64,000 nt of DNA from Minutocellus sp. GHC0000111. Lineage: Eukaryota. The stretch is taken from positions 2,604,001-2,668,000 of the forward strand of contig OZ361256.1 in NCBI GenBank assembly GCA_977018835.1, in the 5' to 3' direction. This document shows positions 11,952 to 21,870 of this stretch, piece after piece; position 1 is the stretch's first letter, and each line of letters opens with the position of its first letter. The position numbers were made by a program, and so were the translations under genes. The notes beneath the pieces are model-generated. The model made no database searches, had not been told where the DNA came from, and was given only the letters and a program-made list of their open reading frames with translations.

Positions 11952-13283
11952 ATGGCAAGTTCCAACAATATTTCATTACCGCACCGTCGAGTTCTGCTAT
12001 CTGTTCTCACCTTCCTCTCATGCAAAGCACGTGATGGCGCTACATCTGCATTCTAACAGGTTGGTGTCGTGAGAACGAGGACAGCAGGCAAGAGAAGTAG
12101 ACCGGCGTTGCAGAGATTCTCCAAGATTGGCGCCGGTGTCGACAAAGTACAATCAATCAAAGATGTCGAATTGATGCCACCACAAACTCAAAACGATGAT
12201 CTTCCCTTCTTTGCTAGCTGGCCTGTACCACTTCAAAATGCCCTCCGAGACAATGGTGGAGTTCGATTTCTAGTCAATGCCGCTACCCGAACCATAGCCG
12301 CGCCACTCTTTTACTTGGAGAACCCATGGTGCTTCCCGGAATTTGTTCGAATATCGGGAGACGAACATCCCTGGTTGGTTCAGATATTCCGGGCGGTGGG
12401 TGTAATTGCCGATGATCAGCCCGATGTTGACTTTGCCAAGGAGGCCTACGGAAATCACCCTAGCCAGGTTGCGCAAGTTATGATTGCCAAGGACTCTTGT
12501 GATCACGCGCCAAGATACAAATCAGCACCACTATTTATATTTATGCACGGCGGGGCATGGGGTAGCGGTTTCCCGACAATGTACAGACTCTTATCTTTGC
12601 CCTTTCTCAAGCGAGGTTTCCGCGCCATAATACTCGGCTATCGAAACTATCCGGATGCGAACGTCGATGGTCAGATTGATGATTTAGCCCAGGCTGTTGA
12701 TTACTTCAGCGACAAGTATTGCGGAGTGGGCGGTAGTGGAGGTCCCGTTGTGCTGTTTGGCCACAGTTCCGGCGCACATGTTTCCATGCTGGCTGCAATG
12801 CGGGGAAGGTTGCCAGCAGTCAATGCCTTGATTGCTGGATCTGGCGTCTACGATGTTGAACGGCAGCTACTGCAAGAAAAGCGGATGGGGGTGGATGAAA
12901 TATCACCCATGTCTGCTGCCAATGGTTTCACAAAAGAAAACTTTCGAAAATATTCTCCCAAGATGATCGATGATGATCTGCCCGAAAGCTTTCCGCCAAC
13001 ATTGATAGTTCACGGGGAAGACGACGATGTTACACCACTTGAAAACTCAAGAGATTTTTATCACGTACTGAACGAGAAATCGAAGCGCATTCAATGGTAA
13101 GGGAAAGACAAAATAGGAGGTCTAGCAGGCCAGGATATATCTCAAAAGCACCGGCTAGAAATCTTGGAGGCTGTAGGGCACCAGGACGTTGTTACAAACA
13201 CTTGTCTTGGCATAGGAAGAGCGCAGGCAACGATATTGAATTGGATTGAATCGACAGTCGATTTACCGCCTACACCTCGTTAA
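11952..13283 (+). pseudogene. Alpha/beta hydrolase (isoprenylcysteine methylesterase ICME-like) with plastid-type leader; two in-frame TAA (12054-12056, 13098-13100)
   Basis: MASSNN...LLSVLTFLSC..ATSAF*QVG is in frame with HGGAWGSG, GHSSG (nucleophile) and HGEDDDV. The candidate catalytic His (VGHQD) lies in frame after the second TAA; final TAA at 13281-13283. Confidence 0.75.
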
Positions 13284-13502
13284 GTATATAAAGGCTGGAT
13301 AAAAGGTAAAACAAGCTATAAAAGGTAAAGAATGCTAGGAATTATGTCGATATTATGTCGATATATATTACAAATCGATATATGTACAGTAATAAAAGTG
13401 TATAAAAGTGCATGCACGAGACATTTGACGAAACACCATGGTACAATAATTCACACAATATAAGTACAACCAAGAACGCTGACGCAGGCAGCGCCCATTC
13501 AG

Positions 13503-14877
13503 TTACTCGCTGGATGGCTTCGTGATATCGAATCTGAGAAAGTTGTACCCCTCAGAACAATATCCGACACACGAAAAGAGCTCCGCATCTTGGGATTCCT
13601 CAACAGTAGTGGTGAGGCCATCATCCGCAGCAAATTTTGTCACATGAAACTCCAATCCTGCTTCGCGAAGAGCATCTGGGAACGCTTCAACCCCGAAGCG
13701 TCGGCCATCAGCGGCCGACACCACAACGGCCCGGCCACCATCCACAAGGGCGCTGAAGATGGTGTTGGCGACATTTGTAGCATCATTGGAGTAACAAATG
13801 ACATCGGCCGCGAGAACAAGACCAACTTGCTTTCTCCTGGTTCCGTCCATATCGATCCAATTGGGCTGGTCGGCTAGGAACTCGCTGTCGTAATTTCCCG
13901 GCTGGTCGAAGAAGTCAAGGCCCGAAACGCTGCATTTATCAATATCGTTCAGGTCCAAATTTTGTTCGATATTTTCAAGGACTTGTGGAAGGTAATCCGT
14001 GAAGATGACGTCGTTATCGGCGTGCTTACCTTCCTCCTCCTCGGTCTTTCCCTCTTCGTCGTCGTTTTCACGACTCTGCTTGAGGAGCGTTGCGGCCGTC
14101 AGTCCCACCAACCCACCTCCTGCTCCCAATTCCAAGCACCCGTCATTGTTGTCAAGCACAATGGATGGATTTTCCGTGATATGCCTAGGAGAAATTTTTG
14201 ACAGGACAGAGAAGAAAATTGATCGTTAGAGCACGACGTGGATATCCAGGAAATTGATCGTTAGAGCACGACGTGGATATCGTGGATATCCAGGATTCGG
14301 CTTACCTAGCAAGCATGACAGAGGCCGGCCACATTACATTCCCAACGTCGTGAGTGTCAGTCTCCTTCTCCGATGTGACCTGATGGACCATAATATTGAG
14401 GTTATCCTGATCTATGGTGTCTTCAGAAATGGGAAGATCAAAACTCAAAGGCAAGCGACTCTGCAATTCCTTCTCGCAATATGGCTCATTGCGGTCCTTG
14501 GACTCCAGAGCAGACATGTTCTTCTGCAAATCGGCAACAATGGTCTGGATCCGCGCGTCGTCATCTCTGCCTTCCACAGTTAGTTCGTCGAGGCAGCTCG
14601 AAAAGTTTTCGGAGCATGAGACTTCCTCAAACAGGGTGATGTCCTGATCAGTCAACTTTTGAATCATTGTAACGACTCGTAAGGTGTCGGGCTTTGCACC
14701 GGATTCATCGTTGGCAGAAACATTGCTGAGTGACTCTTGTAGACAACTTACTACCTCATTGGCAAGGCCGATGCCTTGCTTGCCTTCGGCATCCTCTTCG
14801 AGGCATTTTCGGCGGAGTAGCGCGACACTGCGGGATGATCCAGAGGCAGCTTCGAATGTTGCAAGGGTAGTATTCAT
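13503..14877 (-). CDS. Protein lysine methyltransferase (Methyltransf_16/METTL21-like); complement(join(13503..14184,14306..14877))
   Basis: VGNVMWPASVMLAR|HI, CLELGAGGGLVG, VIFTDY and LAADVIC motifs; 121-bp GT-AG intron 14185-14305 restores the frame. Confidence 0.85.
14215..14295. repeat. About 35-bp tandem duplication inside the methyltransferase intron
   Basis: aaattgatcgttagagcacgacgtggatatc occurs twice, plus an extra cgtggatat. Confidence 0.85.
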
Positions 14878-15109
14878 GGCAGCAGTAGGAGGAGGGCATT
14901 CAAAGCGGCAGAGGGGCGAGTTGTTTCTTTCTGTCTCAAAAAATGCATGATGCGGCCTTCAGTCAAGCCTGCTGTTGTGGCGCCTTGACTGCTTTTTTCT
15001 CGCGTGCGTGTGAGCACCGTCGCTCTCGGCCGGGCAAATTCGGTGGTTGTGGTAGATAAAATCAGCCAGGGAATTCAGTGTTCATAAGAAGAGGCTGCCT
15101 TACATGCTC

Positions 15110-15164
15110 GAATGCGCTGAGTAGTTAACCGGTTATGCGGGTGCGAGTCCCGTAGCATTCTTTT
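15110..15164 (+). ncRNA. Putative 52-nt tRNA-like mini-RNA followed by a T-run (also at 18543, 28930, 32363)
   Basis: GAATGC/GCATTC acceptor-like stem; TGCGGG-TGCGAGT-CCCGTA T-arm-like hairpin; discriminator T begins a TTTT run. Confidence 0.45.
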
Positions 15165-15266
15165 AGCAGTATTGGGAATTCGTATTCCTGGCAGAATTCG
15201 ACTATGGAGAATGCTACTGCGAGACACGCAGTGTGAGCAGCACTTGCAGCGAGGTCGCGTTTGAGG

Positions 15267-15311
15267 TAGCGGAGTGGCTCATAACCTGAGAGGAGCTCGG
15301 GTTCGATTCCC
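15267..15311 (+). promoter_or_regulatory. Pol III A-box/B-box pair with a tRNA-Met-like anticodon loop (tRNA relic)
   Basis: TAGCGGAGTGG (A box, 15267-15277), CTCATAACC, GGTTCGATTCC (B box, 15300-15310); does not fold into a full cloverleaf. Confidence 0.55.
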
Positions 15312-15382
15312 TTGAGGAGGCAGATTTCCCGGTTAGTGGCAGTCAGATCCAGGCAGTCTGGATGCAGCCACTAAGGGGAGTA

Positions 15383-18300
15383 CCTTTCGGTTTCAGAGGA
15401 TTTGTAGAGGGTATACCAATAACCCCTAAAAAAGGTCATTCTTGCACCCATTTCTCATTTCCCACCACGTGTTTTGTTAGTCGATGTTCTCTTCGGGAGG
15501 AACGCAAACACTCCTCAACTCGTGGATGTCTACTGGATCTGCTCATTCAGTAGGTTGCCACCGACCAGCAGTATCCACTGAATTCGCAGGTCCAGTAGAT
15601 TCTGGCAGGAACACATGCATTTTTTGGTCCCCCGCACACCCTCACCGCCGCAACCCGCAAATTTTGTGACGATGACGACGACGACCAACCAGACCACGCC
15701 CAAAAAACACAAACGCAGCAGAACTTCGTTCTCAGGGAGCAAGAGAGGCAACACCAAGGCATCCAGGAAGGCGGCAGAGGCGGCAGCTGAGCCGAAAACA
15801 CCATCGCCGAGCGCAAACACGTCGAAGAAGCGGGGCCACGGTCAAATTCGCCCGCGCCAAAAACCGTCACCGTCGTCGGCGAAGAAGAGGACGGCCCCTC
15901 CTCCTGTCCCCATGGCCTTTCTCCTTGCAGCAGATGTCATTCGAAGGGCTGGTAAGGATCTGTGGTGGAGAGCAACCCCCGATTCCTGCGGCAAAGATGA
16001 CATTTGTGTTGGTTCTCGGCAGAAATGGGAAGAAGACACGTCCTCCCTGCTTTCATCGAGGCCGACTTGTTGCGTTCCAAGTCCGTCGGTGGAGGAAAAT
16101 ATGAGCTGCAGCACAACGAGGAAAAATGGCAGGACATGCAGCAACATCTCAAGGAGCATTGTAGTTTGAAGTTGCACTTGTCGACGCATCGGCCGAGAGG
16201 GAAGACAAGACGCAGAGGGCGCTTTCGATCTCAACCTTCACCTTCTCTCCATTGCTGTCAGGAGTGTGTCGCTTGAGACTCGAGATCTTTTGATTGTAGC
16301 CAACAGCGGCATGCTTGCGACTTTTTGCCTGACCGTCGGATTTACAGTCCTCGCATTGAAGTTCCAATCGCTCTGTGACAAACTCAGAAAGGCCGTAGAT
16401 TTCGGCAATGTGGTCGCAAAGATGGCCGGCGGTCATGTCAGCATTCTCGTCGTAAATGTCGCGCCAATCTTTGTCATTTTTTAGCGCATCGTTGACCTTA
16501 GCATCTGGAGAGAAATTCTGATTACGCGTAAGCTTTTCCACCTTCTGCTCCCTGGCGACTCTCTTGATCATGATGCGCCCATTGAAATCAACGTCTTTGG
16601 TTTCATCCTTCATTGGTCGGCCAACAACTCCAAGATGCATGACTTTGACAGGGTGTCTTCTGGATCGAATTTTCGGGCTTGCCTCGGAAGCATGGATAGA
16701 CGCGAGGTTCGGACTGCTTAGTTCTTCGTCAGAAAGTGGCAACATCTTGATCTTTCGTCGCCGAGCAGCAGTGCAAAACCACTTTTCATCAAGATACGCT
16801 ACAGGAATGTTGGGATCGGTCGTAATGTCCTCCCACTTTTCGATCCAATCAAGTCGCTTCCTACAATGTTCGGGGGTGAGCCTCGGCTTCTCGATCGACG
16901 ACTTCTCCTTGCCGCCTTGCTTTTTCCACCAGCGAAAAAGCTGAAGACGATGGAGACTAATTGTCAGCCTGTCTTCATCTGGAGTAGCTGATTTTGCGCT
17001 CATGCAGTCAGCTAGCTCCTTAAAGGTTGCCATCGCACCCTTCATCCGAGCAGCATGCCGATGCAGCTCGCGGAGATGTCCTGGCTCCTTCTCCTCGATC
17101 ATGTCCGTGTGTGCCTTCCTTCCACGAACCTCCTTTCTGCCGATGGGATTGCTGATGCCATCAGCAAGGCTTTTGTAGAGCTGGTCTCTCCACTTGTAAA
17201 GCTGAGAACCACCGGTTGACTTGGCATGACCGTGATCGCACGCAACTTGCCGACACGCGGCAGTTGCAATTTGTTGCCGGTCTTCACACGTGCGAGTTGG
17301 GTCGCCGTGTCCCCACCAATCCGCGAGAGCCACGGCGCTGAACCGCATTCTTTCATTCGCCTGCTTTTCTTTTCTGATTGGTATTGGTTCGGTGACGGTT
17401 GCATTGGGACGAGGAGGACGGAGCATGTCATCGTTGGCCATCCGAACAACAAAGTCGAGGCCGAGAGCGACCTTTACCTGTTCATCAATGTCACTGGAGG
17501 TGGCACAGACAACGGAAGTATCATTGGGGGAGGCTGCAGCTGCTTCAGTGGCGGAAGTATCACCAGTTCCCTTCAGCATGCTGAGGAGACTTGCTGGCAT
17601 CCAACCCAGTTTCTTGGCCTCGTCGACTAGTGACTTTGTGCTCTTGCTTCGCAATGCGCTGACTGTGCCTCCTTTCTGTGAGCTAGCTGACAACCTCTCA
17701 CCTAGCTTAGTAGCTAAGACAGTCGAGCGCCCAGAGAACAGAACTTCATCGGGATTTCTTTTCTCGTGCACCTTCTGTCCCTCCGGTCCAGAGAATTTCG
17801 GGTGGTTGTCCTCCTTCTTTTTACGCAACCTGTGAGCACAAACATAAAGGGAGCATCGCGGTCAGAAGAATGATGCGAATGCTCTTGACAAGACTGTGAT
17901 GAAAGTATGGGCCAATGTCGCATCAAAAGAGGCCTTTCTCAATGTATTTGGAAAACTTCCAGTGATGTATAACAACATCAAGAGAAGTCGTGGCGGTAAC
18001 AATCTTGTGGAGACCAGACGGGGAAAGGCTGGTCTCGCAAAAATTGCCGAGGAAGAAGCTGAAGAGGATGGTGAACCACTCTGGCCAATTGATGCTCCCG
18101 GCGAAGATGATGACATTGAGGACGACATAGATGAAAATGATGAAGACGATGGAGTCATTGATTTGCTATAACTTATCATAGCATGTCCATTTCTATTCAT
18201 TACATTTTGATTTGGTGCTTCCAAAAATGTATTTTTTCCCGGGGTGAGGAATGCAAATGTCGAAAAAAATCATCACATAATGTACATTTATTGGTTCTGG

Positions 18301-18485
18301 TGCACAATATCTCTCGACTATATGTAGAAGTTGGTGACCATAACTTGGTTCTTGCCCCGACTTCCATCTTGGCCGTCATTTATTCCTCGGAGTTAGAAAA
18401 AGTGAGCTTGGATTTTTGGTCTGGTGTGGTCGTGTTTCTAATACGTCATCATCACGTCACTTTCAATTCCTCTGAACTCGAAAGG
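15383..18485 (+). mobile_element. IS630/Tc1/mariner-type DNA transposon, defective (internal inversion, deletion, frameshifts)
   Basis: 22-bp TIRs CCTTTCGgtTTCAGAGGAtTTG / CCTTTCGagTTCAGAGGAaTTG (19/22); TA on both sides (15381-82, 18486-87); transposase motifs YLDEKWF, KVMHLGVVGRP, FNGRI and GGNNLVETRRGK. Confidence 0.9.
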
Positions 18486-18842
18486 TAGATAAAATCAGCC
18501 AGGGAATTCAGTGTTCATAAGAAGAGGCTGCCTTACGTGCTCGAATGCGCTGAGTAGTTAACCGGTTATGCGGGTGCGAGTCCTGTAGCATTCTTTTAGC
18601 AGTATTGGGAATTCGTATTCCTGGCAGAATTCGACCATGTCTTCATTTCATTAAATCAACAGAATCAAATTTCAAAACACATAAAAAAGTGCAAACCGAA
18701 GTGCTTCCCGCGCAAGCTGCTTCCCGCATGTGCTTCCCCAGCGCCCTGAGACTCCAACCAAGTTGGATCTAATCTCACTGTGGGCCCGGACCTCCTTGAG
18801 GCTCCGGCACTGGCTGGGTACATCCACAACGGTGCGTCCAGC

Positions 18843-19826
18843 TCACCTACGGTGCATCCACTTCTCCGCTTGGGCATCCTTCTTGACGCCCGACAGAATC
18901 TTGGTCAACATGTCGGCGATGTTGAACTTGCCGTGGGTAAACCCCACCATCCAAATCTTGGCAGCTGAAGCCTCACGGACGGCATGGTAGCAGACACCCA
19001 GGTGCTTCTTGTTGAGCTTGGCCTCCGGCACCGATGCTCCGTTGGCGACGGACTTACTTGTTGTCGCACCATGCGGCCGCCCATCATGCGCAACTTATAG
19101 CGCAGATCCTTGACGAACTCGAGGCAGGTCCTCATCCCAACAATCTCGGAACCGAAGGTAGAAGACTCGATGGTAGCCTGACGCTTGGAATGCCAGAAGA
19201 TCGGAGAGCTGATTGGACGAAGATCAGGATTCCGGCATGGCTGCGGCGGGTGAGACGGTCACCTGCGTGGTCGGCATCGACCCATCCATGCGTTGATCTC
19301 AACGGGCTTACCGAGCGGGGTAGGGGCATCGCTCGGTACCTCCTCCTTAACGTCACCGTAGAACTCGAACCAGTCGGCATCCTTGGTGAACCTGCTGCTG
19401 AGCCTCTCGTCCTTGAGGAAGCCCATCGGCGGGCGCCGACTTCATCACGAGCTTGGAATTCTTGATCTTGTCGAGGTAGGCAACAACGATGTTGAGGGCC
19501 TCGTCAAGGTGACCCTGACGGGGTGTGCGGCGATTTGGATTCAGGCGCCGATTCTGCCTCGACGACAGCATTACACGATCATGAGCCTCAAAATCACGCC
19601 GCTTCTGGCTACGAGCCTCGGCCTTGGCATGACTCTGTCACTGTTGGGATCCCAGTGTAAACTACTACTGGTGATCTCAAAGATCGGCAGCCGATCAAGC
19701 TCGTCATCATCGGGCGAACTGATGCTAAATCCCGACGACACGCCATTGAGGGTAAAGGGGACTACTAGACGACCGTGCTCCTCGCTCTCCAGCACTGCAC
19801 CGAAGTTTGAGGTCTCGTCATGTTGA
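18843..19826 (-). mobile_element. Ty1/Copia (CoDi-like) retrotransposon relic: RT end and RNase H plus a pre-integrase fragment
   Basis: WVDADHAGDRLTRRSH, DLRYKLRMMG, KKHLGVCYHAVREA and NIADMLTK in shifting frames; VPFTLNGVSSGF...EITS..WDPNS upstream; large internal deletion. Confidence 0.85.
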
Positions 19827-20225
19827 ACCCACGTCGTGTGGCGGCGTAATGCTATCAGTCGGAGCTGATAGATCTATCGATATACAATTGTACTTGGCTA
19901 ACTAGCCCTATAACTTAGCTAACGGTCCTCAGAGGACACCGTTGCAACGATGCTTCACAAGATGGGCCATTTCAGCCGTTGCCACTGACGCATCTGCTTA
20001 CGTACGGCAGACGGACGAAAACCCCGGCTGACTTTCTCTAGTGGCGCAAAAAAGATGTGAGGTCTCTCGAACTGAACTCGGAGGTTGGCTGTCTCGGCGT
20101 CTCGGCCGAAAGGACGGGCGGCGGCGCGCGAAAGGACCGCCTCTGCGAAAAGATCTCAGTGCGTCACAATCAGTATCTTAGAATCTTCGTCTGGTGACAT
20201 CGATCAATAGAAGCGAAGTGCCATC

Positions 20226-21699
20226 ATGCATACTGTACCTGCCTTCGTCGGCATCTCGATATCAGCGTTCGGCCTCAGCGGCGTCTGCGCCTTTTCAACA
20301 AGAGCATCTCCACTTATTCAGCCTAGAAACGTATCACCGCATTGGCGTTCTTCGGCGACATGCGTATCTTCAGCTTCTACAAAGGCAATCCTGGAAGGAA
20401 CCGGAATGCCCTCGAATGTTGGATGGCAGAGCGATAGGTTGAATCGACTCACAGAGTGGGCCGAGGATCAGAAACCCGATCGTCCCATCATATGCGAATA
20501 CAATCCCAGAGGACTTTGGCTTTGGACACGGTGGAAGGGTACGGTCCTCAAGGCTACCTGGGGGTTCGGTTCTGCTCGCAATGTTGACTGGTCTTGTGAT
20601 TGATTACTATGCACGAGGCCGATGTCTGTCCAACTACAAACTATCGTGGTCCCTTCTTGCCGTTCCATCGCAGTCTGAACCACTGATACGGCGGCTGACA
20701 GGCGTCAAAAGGTTGTGGGAGCATCAGCTTTCCTTGGCCACCTTTATTCTCACGTTCTTTCTATCTCACGCCTTTGGTTACTGGCAAAAGGTCTACAATT
20801 GCACGAGATGCATTCAGGGTCGCATCAATGATTTTTGTATGCTGCTGTCCATGGGTGCTGAACGCGGAATCGACGATGGGGCAAATCAATCGCCCCCTGC
20901 CCGAAGCAACGCATCAACAAATCCCAAAGGAGGTCGGGGCTTCAGCGACAAGTCACGAGAGCTGGTGGAGCTGTGCACACGACTAATTCGTCTCTCCCAT
21001 ACCCTATTTTGGGCCCAGACTGCCACATCGAGCAATGGTTTGAGTGATTCCGAAGAATATTTGAAGGATGTTGAGAATTGTAATGTGCCCATTGACGACC
21101 AACACATTGGACCTTTGCTACTTTCCCCGTACGGATTGAAAGCTTTGGTCATTACCGGCCAGCTTACAAAGGAGGAAAGAGATGGATTGATGGGCACTGG
21201 ACTACCACCGAGTCAAAATTGTTTCGTTTTACTGACCTGGACTGGAATGCATGTAATGGATGGCCTCAAGAATGGCCTATTGCGAGGAGGGGCTGGTTAC
21301 GAAGAGAATCTCTTTCGAAATTTGGCAGCTTGTCGTGCGAGCATGTTCGATATAGATGATTTCCGAGCAGGTAGAATGCCGCTCGCATACGTGCAAATGG
21401 TCCAGGTACTAGTGGATTCGCTTGTCATGATCGCCCCTTTTGCCCTATATCCCGAAACTGGTCTGCTTTCTGTACCACTCGCCGGCCTCTTGGCTTTGTT
21501 TTTCCGTGGTTTGCTGGCTTTGAGTAAGAGTTTCCTGGATCCATTTGGAGTAGAAGGCTTCAAGGAACAAAATATCCGTGTGGATGTGCTCGTCTCCGAG
21601 TTGAACTTTGGAGCCGCCAAGCGTTGGATTAGCGCTGGCGGCTTTCTGCCTCCAAAGCCGTCGAGAAGTGAGGCTGACACAGCTGTATTAAGTAAATAA
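20226..21699 (+). pseudogene. Bestrophin-like channel with bipartite plastid leader; +1 frameshift in G5 run at 20560-20564
   Basis: Signal peptide + VCAF; WKGTVLK..W; TFILTFFLSHAFGYWQ; MPLAYVQMVQVLVD; FLDPFG. Removing one G fuses ORFs 20226 and 20581. Confidence 0.75.
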
Positions 21700-21870
21700 C
21701 AAGGTGACAAGAGCAAGAAAATACGCTACGAACTCGTACCGAGCTTTTTCGCAGAGCGAGGTAGCTTGCTCTACTAGCTAGTAGCAGGGTGAGTAGCTAG
21801 CTGGAGGAAGGTGATACTAGCTAACTAGTAATTCCTCTAATCTATCGAAATAATCACAAATAATGTTCTA

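Larger units (their letters stand above)
15053..18637 (+). mobile_element. TRIM-like non-autonomous LTR element: repeat 15053-15204, PBS-like 15205-15217, PPT-like 15373-15380, repeat 18486-18637; interrupted by a DNA transposon
   Basis: Two 152-bp direct repeats with 3 differences; TGGAGAATGCTAC directly follows repeat 1; AAGGGGAG directly precedes repeat 2 once the transposon is removed. Termini are TAG...CTA/CCA rather than TG...CA, and there is no clear TSD. Confidence 0.6.

Noticed and set aside
13097..13180. Intron (GTAAGG) removing the esterase TAA
   Set aside because: No phase-compatible AG acceptor before the candidate catalytic His; the frame simply continues after the stop.
15255..15325. 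Functional tRNA-Met gene
   Set aside because: The D-arm and 5' anticodon stem are missing and no acceptor stem forms.
15053..15380. Hammerhead ribozyme / Penelope-type repeat
   Set aside because: No CUGANGA plus GAAA core found by eye on either strand.
15053..18637. 152-bp repeats as the ends of the transposase element
   Set aside because: The transposon has its own TIRs and flanking TA inside them.
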